From Carcharhinus longimanus (lineage: Eukaryota), in assembly GCA_030264375.1 (NCBI GenBank), contig JASCQW010000027.1:83682360-83746359 (forward strand): a DNA stretch of 64,000 nucleotides, in the 5' to 3' direction. Under the pieces are notes generated by a model. It was not told the origin of the DNA and ran no database searches. It saw only the letters and a program-made list of their open reading frames with translations. Shown in pieces: positions 38,838 through 51,107 of this stretch. The position numbers were made by a program, and so were the translations under genes. The stretch's first letter is position 1. Each line of letters opens with the position of its first letter.

Positions 38838-40012
38838 GCTAACACAATCACATGGGTGTCTTTTGAGTATGTTGCTTGCTACCCTTTGTGCTTCCTGTAT
38901 TTGTTCACATGCTATAAACAAGAGCTAAACCTGGTTTAAATAGACCTCTAATGATAAGTATGGACAAAGGCATTTAAAATACACAAAAGATGACTGAATA
39001 GATAAGGTTAAACATATTGCTATTCATTGCCTTTCATTTTCAGCTAAGTATTAACTTAATGAGAAAAAGCATGGCAGTCAAAAGACTTTAAAATTATATA
39101 TCTTATGTAATTTTATTGTTCTCATTTATCTTTTTATTGGTGTTATTTTAGCAGTCATTAACTTATTTAATTTAAATCTATTAATGAACAAGATACAAGG
39201 TTACAAGTAAGAATTTATGCAGGTACATTAATCAGCATATTAAAATAGTGTAAAGAGGAAATTAAGCCAAAGATATTGTTGGGTATTGATAAATTTATGA
39301 CCAGCAATGATACTATTGTATGTTTTACCAATAATTGCACTTTACAAATTCTAATTTATGTTGTATGAACAATTTTGTTTTCAAATGAATGCTATAGTTA
39401 AATACTGGCTGTGATGTATAATTAGTTATATTTTTATCTCTGAGTTGGTGATAGAGGCTTTTGAAAAACTGAAGTTGATTATTGCTGCCTTGCTATTTTG
39501 TAGGTTGTTGAGTCATGACTGCAGGCTTTGTGATAAAATGTAAATATTCTGTTCTTTTGTGTGAACCGTGGCAGCTTTTTAGGTGAAGCTTCCTCATTGA
39601 ATACTGTGTGCCTTTTCCCATCAAAATTAGAAATGCTGAATTTTTGTGTGGGATGAAAATATATCAGAGTAAACTATGCAGTATCTGATTTAAAGAGAAC
39701 TTTTTACCCCTGCGCAGAGCATTTACTTTGCTGCCTCTCACGCACCTCCTCATTTATTCACCCAGCCTCCTGCTTTATTACCCACTCATTTATCCACACA
39801 ACCACTCCATCACTCAGATGTTCATCTACTTGTTTATTCATGGGATTGTCACATATTTAGACTAGTCTCTGGTTCTCAGTTGTTTTTGTTCTGGGGATTA
39901 TCATTGTATTAATCCTGGAGCAACACAGTCTCTTATACCTCTGGCATACACCCAGCAGTAAAACTGGCACTGACAGACAAAGTTCTGTATTTTTTGTTCC
40001 CTCTGCACCTAC

Positions 40013-40137
40013 GCAGGTGCTGGAAAGGAACACAATTTCAGACTCAACAATGCTTCGAAAGATTGAGAGTAGGATTATCAACATTTTGAGTGGGAACGAG
40101 CCTGGAAGGACGCAACATAATGTTTGCTATTGTCACA
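40013..40137. other. Candidate exon, strand ambiguous
   Basis: Minus: ccttccag|40101..40013|gtaggt. Plus: ttttttgttccctctgcacctacgcag|40017..40137|gtgagc, open frame VLERNTISDSTMLRKIESRIINILSGNEPG. Confidence 0.3.
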
Positions 40138-40538
40138 GTGAGCTATTATCATGCATTGAAGAAGCTTGCTACATGTGTGCATGAGTTCATGAGAAAAACC
40201 AGTCACGAAATTATCACTTTAATTAAGTAAAAGAGTTTTTATATATTCAAAAGGAACCAGGAGCAAGTGTAATGCATCAAAGAGTAACACTAAATCAAAA
40301 GGGATGTAACAGATTTTAAGGTAGAAACTTGCCACAGATCATTTGACACAAGGATAGAAAATATCCAAAGCTGTCTCAGTAAACTGGATTCCCTCTTTAA
40401 TGCCAACCTTCCCTTTTCCTCTTTGCAACTTTGGGAAATCCCAGGTCTGGCTAAAGATCCCAGAGCTGTGAAGATTTTTTGACATATTTGTCATACTCCT
40501 GGGTAGAATTTTTAGAAATGGCTGTTTATTTGATGAGT

Positions 40539-40693
40539 TAGGTTGATTGACCATGATAAATTGCCCTTAGTGTCAGGGGGTTCAGGATTGTAACTGTAGT
40601 GTTACGGGGATGGGACCTGGGTGGGATTGTTGTCAGTGCAGGCTCGATGGGCCAAATGGCCTCCTCGTGCACTGTAGATTTTATGATTCTATG
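40539..40693 (+). mobile_element. HE1 SINE 3' half
   Basis: ggttgattgaccatgataaattgccc...gggccaaatggcctcc...ttatgattctatg. Confidence 0.85.
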
Positions 40694-41974
40694 AATTGAC
40701 AATAGATTCATGAGTGATGCTTCTTCTATCTCCAGCTGTTAACCTGTTAACCTATCTTGCTCCATCTTAACTGTTTAACCTTTTTGGTTATATCGGTATA
40801 ACAATGATCCTGTGAACTTCTTTGCCTTGTTACTCTTAAGATCCAAACAGCCATTTTACCTAGTTTTTGCCTATTGCGCTGTCACTCTAGTGAAATCAAA
40901 ACTTGCATCATTTTGGATTCTACCTTATTATTGCTTTCCCATGTTTTCCCTCTTGCTCTTACAACTTTGAGATTAAGGCCCAAACTTAATGTCATCCAAG
41001 TGCTACTTCTTAGCATAGCTTGTCATTTCTCAGTTGAACCTTCACTGTGAGCCTTGGCCCTTCAGTCAGATTATCAATAAATGCAAGGCTAACTGTTATA
41101 TCTGGGGGTTTAATACTTCTTTGAAAGGGGTGGAATAAACATTGCTGAAGTAAATTTAAGAAATCTTCTCCTGTTGAGCATGGTGAGAATTTTGCAGCTA
41201 TAGAGTTAGAATCGTCTCAAAGTACTTTATTGATTTTTCACAGTGTTTGAAATGACCCTTCCAGCTATAAATTTGTACTTGTAATAGATGGAGTGCTCTG
41301 AGATTGTCCCACTTGAGGTAACAATTGATCAACATCAATGTTAAAAGTACCAGGTCTTTGTATTCAGAAATTCAAATTTTAGCTGTGCAAAAGGGTTTTA
41401 GTCTCATTTCTTTTTCTTATGATCTAGCAGGTTTGGATTCACAGGTGCAGCTGCAGTACATGGTATTTTTGTTTAGCTTGCTAGTTTTATCATTGTGTGC
41501 TTTATTTTCTCTTTAATAAAGTCTATTTAATCAGTACTTCTATAATTAGCAGGATCAAATGCTTATTCTGAAGAACAATTTAACATCACATTTGAGTTTT
41601 GGGTGAATAGAACTCACAATATCAGATCTTCACATTAGCACTGGTTTATCTTATATATTTGATTTACCTCAGAGCAATGTAAAGATAACACCTGTTTCTA
41701 AATGTGCCACAGGTTTCATTCACAGTGCTTTTAAATATCACGACAATCCTCTACAATCAGAAAATTTCTGCGTATATTCTTATCCCAGCTCAACTTCTAG
41801 TAGCTTCTCTGTGATGCCTGTTTCCTTTACTTTAGTTTACAACCAGGCTGAACTAATCAAAGGCAGTGAGCATATCTGTTATCAGACTAACATAGTTAAC
41901 AATTAAACCATTGAGCATTACAAGCAGAGCCCCACCACATTTTTCAGAAATGAAGAGAGCTATCAACTTTTTAG

Positions 41975-42200
41975 TTAAAAAGTTAAAGTTTATTTATTAG
42001 TGTCACAAGTAGACTTAGATTAACATTGCAATGAAGTTACTGTGAAAATCCCCGAGTGGCCACACTCTGGTGCCTGTTCGACAAAACCGGAGCACCCGGA
42101 TGAAACCACACAGACACGGGGAGAACATGCAAACTCCATACGGACAGTGACCCAAGCTGGGAATTGAACCCGGGTCCCTGATGCTGTGAGGCAGCAGTGC
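41975..42200 (-). mobile_element. V-SINE variant B, internally deleted
   Basis: Variant-B tail plus partial V-domain and head. Confidence 0.85.
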
Positions 42201-42214
42201 AATTTTTGTCTTTT

Positions 42215-42345
42215 AAAAAAACATTTAGGCAGTTCTGTGGGTAGGATGGATATAGAAGGATATGGGCCAAACGCGGGCAATTGGGCCTAGCTTAGTAGCT
42301 TAAAAAGAGGGCAATATGGATGAGTTGGGCTGAAGGGCCTGTGAC
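42215..42345 (+). mobile_element. CR1 3' UTR fragment
   Basis: ggatatgggccaaacgcgggcaattgggcctagcttag...gggctgaagggcctg, same subfamily as 22285-22540. Confidence 0.75.
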
Positions 42346-42558
42346 TCTGCAATAGGTCCGCAGTCCAGCCAAATTGTCCTTTGATCCCTGGATGGGGCCC
42401 TTCTAGTCAAGTGAGCTTGTTGAGCTTTTCATTAAAATTCACGCGAGCCGCCTGAATAGCAGATGAAATCCTGACAGGTGTTTGGAGAAACAAACACTTG
42501 TCAGGTTGGCCTGGAGGAAGAACTGAGGACGTTGCGATCGTTGCATTAGGAGCCTGGC

Positions 42559-42870
42559 TCACGACAGCCTTCTATTAAGCTGTTTGCGAGGTTCTTGCCT
42601 CGGTGGTGAATTGAATTTGTCATGTGCTGTTAGACAGGCGGATCGATGAGTTGGTTTCTTGCCGCTTGCTGGAAAGCATACTTTTGATTGAAGTCGCTGC
42701 TGGGAAAAGAGCATCTCGCGTTGATCAAACAAAAAAAAAGAGAAAAATTAAATCTGCAGGAGGGATATCTCCTGATTATGTACTGAGCAGCGGCAACTGT
42801 ATTCCTTACTGGAGCAGAAAGTCGGGTTGCCGTCAGTTCCTCCATTTTGTTCTAATTCTGGTCACGTATC
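42559..42870 (-). other. Candidate two-exon segment (42870-42810, 42699-42559) encoding a putative 58-aa smORF
   Basis: Acceptor ttttgtttttgttaaacag, donor CCA|gtaagg, 110-nt intron, acceptor tcttttcccag|cag; ATG in Kozak context AAAATGG; CpG-rich unique DNA. Confidence 0.35.
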
Positions 42871-43093
42871 CTGTTTAACAAAAACAAAACCAAACCGAAA
42901 GGACACTTATTGTATCCAGGCTACATGAATCAAACTGTATTGCTCTCTGGAGAGATGGATTAGGAAGATTCTGCGAGGGTGATAACAGTCTCTTATGATC
43001 TTGGTAGCAATATGTTATGAATCTTCTGCAAAGTTCCTGGTGTGTGAAAATGTCTGGCAGCGATGCTTTATTGACAAAGGAATATCATCCGAG

Positions 43094-43378
43094 GGGCGGC
43101 ACAGTGGTTAGCACTGCTGCTACCTCACAGCGCCAGGGACCCAGTTCAATCCCTGGCTCGACTCTCTGTCCGTGTGGAGTCTGCACATTCTCCCCATGTC
43201 TGCGTGGTTTTCCTCTGGGTGCTCCGGTTTCCTCCCACAGTCTGCTGGTTAGGTGCACTGGCCATGCTAAATTCTCCCTAGGTGTACCCGGACAGGCGCC
43301 GGAGTGTTGTGACTAGGGGATTTTCACAGTAACTTCATTGCAGTGCTAATGTAAGCTCGTGACAATAATAAACTTTAA
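43094..43378 (+). mobile_element. V-SINE variant B
   Basis: Full-length copy ending gtgacaataataaacttt. Confidence 0.9.
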
Positions 43379-43387
43379 ATTTATCCA

Positions 43388-43790
43388 CAGAATCATAGAT
43401 TCAGTACAATGCAGAAAGAGGCCATCTGGCCCATCAAGTCTGCACTGACTCTCTGAAACAGCATCCCACCCAAGCCCTCTGCTCTACCCTATCCCGTAAC
43501 CCCTTTCAAGAAGATCATCTCTCAATCTTCTAAATTTCAATTCCCACAGGCCCAACCTGTCTGACTTTTACTCACAAGATAACGCTTCCCATCCCAGGAT
43601 CGAGGCCTCTCTGAACTGCTAGCTTTCTCGGAATGCTACCTTTTCATAAATAAGACAAAAATGGTGCGCTGTACTCAAGATGTGGTTTTAACAATGACCT
43701 GTAAAGCTGAAGCCTACATCCCTACTTTTATATTCCATTCCCCTTGCAATAAATGACAACATTCCCATCGCCTTCCAAATCACTTGCTGC
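43388..43790 (-). mobile_element. HE1 tail (43388-43503) abutting an old CR1 fragment
   Basis: agaatcatagatt...ggccatctggcccatc, then gtactcaagatgtggtttt...ttccaaatcacttgctg. Confidence 0.65.
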
Positions 43791-44019
43791 CCAGCTAATA
43801 ACTTGTAATGTTTTTGGTGAGGTTTGATGTGTGTTTCAGTCAATGCACTGGACCGGTTTGGCTCACAGACTCCTAAAACGGAACCATTGTTGGTTCATTG
43901 TTGTGAATATAAACATTTGGTGTTGGGTTGAGAGTTGTTTGAATAAAATACTGGTTTCTGAAGCCAGTCAAGGGTTAATGGAGAGTTAAGAGCAAATTTC
44001 TTCAGTGAAGAAAGTTATC

Positions 44020-44196
44020 TCCAATTGCAACAGGATCTTGATCAATTGGGCCTGTGGACTGATGAATGGCAGATGGCGTTTAATTTAGACAAATGCGAGG
44101 CGATGCATTTTGGTAGATTGAACCAGGGCAGGACTTAATTAATGATAGGGCGTTGGGGGGAGTTATAGAACAAAGAGATCTAGGGGTACATGATCA
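44020..44196 (+). mobile_element. CR1 RT fragment ending at a gap
   Basis: LQQDLDQLGLWTDEWQMAFNLDKCEAMHFG and QRDLGVH. Confidence 0.85.
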
Positions 44197-44296
44197 NNNN
44201 NNNNNNNNNNNNNNNNNNNNNNNNNNNNNNNNNNNNNNNNNNNNNNNNNNNNNNNNNNNNNNNNNNNNNNNNNNNNNNNNNNNNNNNNNNNNNNNN

Positions 44297-44492
44297 GAAT
44301 TTAGCATGGCCAATACACCTAACCAGCACATCTTTCAGACTGTGAGAGGAAACAGGAGTACCCAGAGTAAACCCATGCAGACATGGGGAGAATGTGCAGA
44401 CTCCACACAGACAGTGACTCAAGCTGGGAACCAAACCTAGGTCCCTGGCACTGTGAGGCAGCAGTGCTAACCACTGTGCCATCGTACTGCCC
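44297..44492 (-). mobile_element. V-SINE (variant-B body) truncated by a gap
   Basis: Head and V-domain with cagtctgaaagatgtgctgg. Confidence 0.8.
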
Positions 44493-44723
44493 CAGCCTTG
44501 TGATACACATTTTATTTCAGCATGTATAACACTAGCTTCAGTAACATTTTAACTTTTCTTACTCACAGGGCTCCTCATGCACCTTAAGTAGCTACAGCAG
44601 TAACCTGTAAGAGTTAAAGCCATAAATGTCATTTTTGGGAGCAAGTAGCCTATGCCCAGACTATTGAACCAATCAGCATGTAAATTTCACCCTGACTACT
44701 CATATAAATGATGATAGCTTTAG

Positions 44724-44838
44724 GCTGACTGGGGCCCATGCTGCTAGTGAAGGAGCAGTGTTCTGAAAGCTAGTGGCTTTTGCTGCCAAAAAAAAAACCT
44801 GTTGGGCTTTAATCTGGTGTTGTGAGACTTCTTACTGT
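44724..44838 (+). mobile_element. Penelope family 3 terminus with hammerhead relic
   Basis: tgaaggagcagtgttctGAAAgctagtg...aaacctgttgggctttaatctggtgttgtgagacttcttactgt. Confidence 0.65.
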
Positions 44839-44999
44839 CTGAGCATGCAGCTGGAGGGTCCAGAACCTTGTGCTGATAACACAAAGTGCAGCCAACCTGT
44901 TCTTTTTAAAAGTAGCCTTCCCTTGTTAATAGGGAGCTGCATTGAGTAGAAGTTGCTGCTAACTGCCTTTACCGATATTGGTTACATGTACGAGCTGCA

Positions 45000-46550
45000 G
45001 AAATGGAAAACCAGGGAAGTAATTCACATGTGGTGTGCTGGAAGCCATCATGGTGGAGGTTTACAGGGGGACAGAGGGTATTTTTGTGGGGACTAGGCAG
45101 CCTTCAAGGAGCACCCTTGGAAGGGAATATGAGCAGGTTGCCCAGGAGGTCAATGCCAGGACTTGGCAGCAGTCCCAATAGAAATTCCACAGCTTCAGGC
45201 AGCTATTCAAGGTCAATAAATGCACCCTCATATGGCATCTCCTACTCACTACACCATGAACATCTCATATTTTTCAGTGCACCACAACCCCATCGCTCAC
45301 ACAGCAGCAGTCCCTGGCAGTCGGGATTCATCCAGATACTCTACCTCTCCCTCACACACATTCAAATGATGCCAGCCTCACACCCACCTCCATCTGCTTT
45401 CACATACCTCCTGCTTTTCTGATATGGCAGGACACCAGGCAAGCACAGTGTCACGCAATCATTGATATTTTTCTCTCTCTTGCAGGACAAGGGGCAGCAT
45501 AGTGGCACTGTGAGTGGCACTGCTGCCTCACAGCACAAGGATTCTGGGTTCAATTCTAGCCTTGGGTCACTGTCTGTGTGGAGTTTGTACGTTCTCGACA
45601 TGTCTGCGTGGGTTTCCTCTGGCTGCTTTGGTTTCTCCCACACTCCAAAGAAGTGTGGGTTAGATGCATTGGCCATGCTAAATTGTCCCTTATTGTCCCG
45701 GGCTGCTTAGGTTAGACAGATTAACAGGGTAAGTATGTGGGATTTTGGGGATAGGGCCTGGGTGGGATTGTCGTCAGTGCAGACTCAATGGGCCAAATGG
45801 CCTCCTTCTGCACTGTAGGGTTCTATGATTCTATGAAGGCTGCCCAGAAGCAGAGCAAAACTCATATGAGACAAGAGAACATTCCATATCATGGAACAGA
45901 ACCTGCAGCACCTCTCATCACTGAGAACATTGAGAATGATAAAATCTTCCTGCTTTCTACCCCTTTTTAATTCTCAGTTCACCCTTACTCTGCTATCTGA
46001 CATGATGCACAAGCTTCAGATGGTGCCACCATGGATCTCCTGCTTTCCACGCTACCCACTTCTCTCACCCTGACCTGTTTTTAGACATTCAATAACACCT
46101 GCCTGCCCAGTCACAGGGGCTCTGGCCTGAAGAAGACAGAGCAACATCACAGTACTGATGAAAATCCCCTAGCACTTGATCTGACACCGACTCAGATACT
46201 GGCACTGCACAGACCTTAGTGAGTAACATAGAGTGGGCACTTTTATGTGGTGAGTCATTCATGCTCCCATCAGTGTTCCTTGTAAGGTGCAGTTTCCCTG
46301 AAGCTGGAAGTCCCCATGCATGGCTGCACAAAAGAATGTTAAGGGGCTGCAGGCTTAAATCAATCAATCCCACATTTCCCCAATGTAATTAGACACTCTC
46401 ATTATTGCAACTTTACCAGTGCTGTAGTTGCCAGCCAAAACAGACAGTTACTGCCCAGACTGGTGCCACCAGGCCAAGGTGGTGAAGTCCAATGCCAGTT
46501 GACAGCATCCTGCAAGGCCACATTCTGTCTACCTGTGAAAGTCAGCAGCT
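45000..46550 (+). mobile_element. PIF/Harbinger Myb-like gene relic, split by HE1
   Basis: LEAIMVEV..., intron, ctcttgcag|GACAAG then HE1, continuing aggctgcccag. Confidence 0.5.
45491..45836 (+). mobile_element. HE1 SINE
   Basis: Full-length copy. Confidence 0.9.
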
Positions 46551-47229
46551 TTAACACATTTTCATTGTTACTTCTGCTTGGCCTAACTTCTGGGCTGCAA
46601 ACTTTTTACAAGCTAATTGTGTGCCTCTATATTCTTCTGCTGGCAGCAGAGAACACGTTGAGAACATTACTGGAAATCACAGGTGCACAGACAAGAATTT
46701 TTTACTTATTAAAATAAGTGGATGGAAAATCACAGCCTGCTCACCTGTGATTTTCGATTATGTACTTCCTGCGAGTATCAGACCATGCTTTGTGTGTGGA
46801 TCAGGCCTGAACTCCTTGTTTGCAGAAAACCAAGTCAGCAGCATGGGAACTTCTTGAGAGTTTTCACTGTTGCTCTTAGATTTGGAGTAGTTCTTGAGGG
46901 GGAAGAAAGGATCTTGTGTATTATATATGCGTTATCCTTACTTCAGGCCACACATTTATTGGTCCTCAGACAACTCACCTTGGTTATGCAGATGAGTACT
47001 CCGCCCACTACGGGAATCAGAGTGGGTGAGAGGCGGACAATGGGAAGGTCACCTTGGGTGAGATTTTCTGGTCTTGGGTCGAGCGAAGCCATGAAATCCC
47101 ACCCAAGGTATGGCTTTGATGTCTTTTCACAAGAGGCTGCCACTTATCTGTGAAAGTAACCTACAGAGAAGTTATACCACATGGTGACTCTTTCTGTAGG
47201 CATGAATGTCGCTGCTGCATTTAACTTTG

Positions 47230-47306
47230 ACATAAGAACATAAGAAATAGGAGCAGGAGTAGGCCATCTAGCCCTTCGAGCCTGCCCTGCCATTTAATAA
47301 GATCAT
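47230..47306 (-). mobile_element. CR1 3' end at a gap edge
   Basis: cataagaacataagaaataggagcaggagtaggccatctagcccttcgagcc. Confidence 0.85.
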
Positions 47307-48454
47307 NNNNNNNNNNNNNNNNNNNNNNNNNNNNNNNNNNNNNNNNNNNNNNNNNNNNNNNNNNNNNNNNNNNNNNNNNNNNNNNNNNNNNNNNNNNNNN
47401 NNNNNNCCCTCCACTGAATACCCTCCTAGAGGCCTTGCCCCCCCCCCCCCCCCCGCCCCAATAGGCCCCAGCCCCTCTGGCTTCACTCCCTTGGTACCTC
47501 CTGGGCATTGACACTTTGCCCCTTGGGCAGAGCCAGAGGACCAGGCTGGCACAGCCAAGCGGGCAGTGCCCAGGGGGCACCCTCCTTACCCCTGAACTTC
47601 AGTCCTGGGAACACTAATAAGATGCTAACCTTCATTTTAATAACTTATACAGCTTCGCACCGATTTCTGACGTGGAGCTGACGGTGTCAGTAAGCCAGCA
47701 GCCGGATACTCATGGAGGCCATAGCGCCCACTTGAGTTTCCTGGCCCGCTGCGCTGCTAAAGCAGCATAGTGGGCTGCAGAATTGTCCCCTAAAATTTTT
47801 AACTTTAATGCTTCCAGTCTATGATTCACAGCATCGTGAGTGCCTAAGACAAATATTTATTATTCATTTTGCCTGCCATTTCTCCCTCCACACCAACTAT
47901 GACAAACACTGACAAATATTCAAAGTCCATTTTAAACATTTATTTTGCCTGAGGAAGCATTTCCCATCACCCCCAGCCCATATGAAGTCACTCCCATTTA
48001 AATAGTCACATCATTTTCACTTAGGTTTTTCCCTTTAGCGTTTGGCTAGCTGCCAGTGTAAAATCAGAATTTCTATTGTGAGCTTTTGCTAATTATTTAA
48101 ATGAACTGGCTCTCATAAAAATACATAGCCAGCTTATTTCACTGATGAATATCTTGTACTGGCAGCTAAGATTCTCAGAGCAGAGATTGTTTGGACTACA
48201 AAATTAAAGTCAATATCAGACAAAATTGTGGATAATATACAGGCAATTCTTCTTGCCTGTTTTCATGACAGATGGATCTGGGAGACTGTGTTTTTTCTTT
48301 CCATAACCTCTTGTGTGTGTGGGAGCTAATAAAATAGGCACCCTTAGTTGCATAGAAGGAAACGCTTCCTTTTGCAAAAGGCAGTTCGACTCCTGTTCAT
48401 ATAGTTTGCTCTTGACTGTAGATAACACTCCTTCAAGATGGCACATGTGCGTAC

Positions 48455-48455
<1 letters not shown>

Positions 48456-48489
<34 letters not shown>
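48456..48489. repeat. (CA)n microsatellite
   Basis: Direct read. Confidence 0.95.
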
Positions 48490-48492
<3 letters not shown>

Positions 48493-49726
48493 TCTCCCTG
48501 CACATCAGCCAACCAATATAGGAAGCTGACCCCTCCAAATCGCAATTTAACTTTCTGTGCTACTTCTTGTGTCTGCATGTAATGCATCCGACTCCATGTA
48601 ATTAGTACGATAAGGCTAAAATCACATTGAAGTCCTTGCTTGTTTTGCCAACTATCTAATTTTATATAAAATTCTACTCTAGTATTGTCTGAAGATTGAC
48701 ACTAAAGCTGCTTCCATCATTGAGATATTGAAAGTGACATTAAAATAGTTTTACATTACCAAAGTTCTTTACTTTTAATCATTCTCAAAGCCCCAATGCA
48801 TGCTGCCATAAGCTAAAGGCTCATGTTAAAGATTCTATATATAATGAGTTAATAGCATTAAGGCGGATGTTAAGTCAAGACCAGGCATCGCCTCATGGAG
48901 AGGAATAAAAATTGGATCTCCTCTTACACATGTCCTAGCAATTTACTTGTAACAACGATCAATTGTTGCTGGAAAGTTAAAGAAAAAAGCATTTTAAAAA
49001 TGAACCACTCCAATTTTGATCAAATCACAGTTTGCAGTTTGGTTTAATTGGATTTTTATAGCATGCGTTGGAACAATTGTGCCTGTAAATCTACCTCTAT
49101 AATGAAGTGTATTTCTGAGTTAATAGTGATGGAGATTAAACCTGTGAAATAGAGCATAAAAAATGTTTCATTGCTATTCAAAGGAATCCTATATGAGCAC
49201 CAGGTGCACTCTGAGTGCCATATCTGGATTTAATACAGCACTTGGATAGTACACATTGCGTTAGGAAAAAACATTTCCCCATTCATGTATTATTTATGGC
49301 AAAACTTTAGTGTTACTGGAATCAAATCAGTAATGTATTCTTTTGATTACATTAAATGCAGAACGTTTTTAATATTATGCTACATTGCACAAATCAACTT
49401 CTGCAAATTGACTTTTTACGGCTTTACCCAGATAAAGTACTGTGGGTCATGACTTGAATCTGCACTTCATAAAAAAAAGTTATTGTGCTTCTGTCAGTTT
49501 TCTAGCAGGTGGTCAGGATTATTAGAAAATGATAGATTGTACGAGAACTTATTTTCCGTGCTGAGGTAATTACCCTGTATACACAGCAGAGTGATCTTTG
49601 GAAGAAGTACGTATGTACGTGCTACTTCTTACAATGAATCTAACTTTTTTGTTTTGCCACTTTTCTAAAGTGGACAAGTTTAAGCCTAATGGTGTTTGTC
49701 TAAATAGGAGAAAGGGATAACATAAT

Positions 49727-50000
49727 GTTTATTTATTAGTGTCACAAGTAGGCTTACATTAACACTGCAATGAAGTTATGTGAAAATCCACACTTCGGTA
49801 TTTGTTCAGTTACACTGAGGGAGAATTCAATATGGCAAATGCACCAATCAGCACATCTTTCAAAATGTGGGAGTAAACCAGAGAAAACCCACACGGACAA
49901 TGTGCAGACTCCACACAGACAGTGAGCCAAGCAGGGAATCGAACCCAGATCTCAAGCACTGTGAAGCAGCAATGCTAACCAATGTGTTACTTTGCTGCCC
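49727..50000 (-). mobile_element. V-SINE variant B
   Basis: Variant-B tail and tRNA head. Confidence 0.85.
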
Positions 50001-50361
50001 CAAGTGATGTAACTTTTCAGAAACTTCACTCTATTTTTGGATTTTCACTCAGTGAAAGTGTGGATTGGGGAACTGGCTGCAGATATTAACATATCTGATT
50101 TGGGACTGTCGCAATTTTCTGATCGTCACTATGACATCAGATGTACAAGCCTGGAAATTAATCTCAACTAAATTAATGTAGATCCTTTTGTACAGAATTC
50201 CTTTTCTCTGGTATTTTAACAGAAGCATTTACAGGATTCTCTGGAATTCTATCACCACGTCCGACACGGAATTGGAGCAGGCAAAGGGCAGACAACAGAA
50301 ATGCCCATTGACCTTGGGCAGGAATTTCAGTCTTGCTGGAGCGAGGCTGTAAACTCCTGTC

Positions 50362-50672
50362 CATAGAATCTCTACAGTGCAGAAGGAGGCCATTTGGTCC
50401 ATCGACCCTGCACTGACAATGATCCCACTTAGGCCCTATCTCCTTGCCCCATGTATTTATCTTGGTAGTTCCCCTGACAGTAAGGGGCAATTTAGCATGA
50501 CCATCAACCTAACCTGTACATCTTTTGACTGTGGGAGGAAACCGGGTCACCCGGAGAAATTCCACGCAGATATGGGAAGAATGTGCAAACTCCACACAGT
50601 CTTTCGAGGCCGGAATCGAACTGAGGCCTCTGACACTGTGAGGCACAGTGCTCACCACTGTGCCACTGTGCT
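50362..50672 (-). mobile_element. HE1 SINE
   Basis: Full-length copy. Confidence 0.88.
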
Positions 50673-50789
50673 AACTATTATCTAAAAAGTTATTTTAAAA
50701 TGATTTAACTCACTCACTAAAACTACAGAGGAACCTGATGCAAGCATATTGAACATTTTAATTAGAAATTATACGATGGAAAGAAACCA

Positions 50790-51105
50790 TTTAGTACAGT
50801 ACAGTACAGCACAGTACAGCCCTTCAGCCCTCCATGTTGTGCTGACCTGTGTCCAAACCCAAGATCATTCTGGTGTGTTCCATGTGCCTATCCAATTACC
50901 ACTTGAAAGTTCCTAAAGTGTCCTAATCCACTCTCACAGCAGGCAGTGCATTCCACATCCCAACCACTCTCTGAGTAAAGAATCTACCTTGGACATCCCT
51001 CCTATATCTCCCACCATGAACCTTATAGTTATACCCCCTAGTAACAGCTACATCCACCCAAGGAAATAGTCACTGCATGTCCATTCTATCTATCCCCCTT
51101 ATCAT
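50790..51105 (-). mobile_element. CR1 3' end, same subfamily as 55097-55845
   Basis: cttgaaagttcctaaagtgtcc...agaatctaccttggacatccc; (agtac)n tail. Confidence 0.85.
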
Positions 51106-51107
51106 CT

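Noticed and set aside
42810-42870. Selenocysteine read-through frame (DT*PELEQNGGTDGNPTFCS)
   Set aside because: No recognisable selenoprotein similarity and no SECIS identified.
47438-47458. Poly-C / G-quadruplex tract
   Set aside because: Homopolymer beside a gap inside a GC-rich MITE-like repeat; length is unreliable.
48216-48587. Cys/Val-repeat ORFs (also 56611-56901)
   Set aside because: Translations of (CA)n microsatellites.
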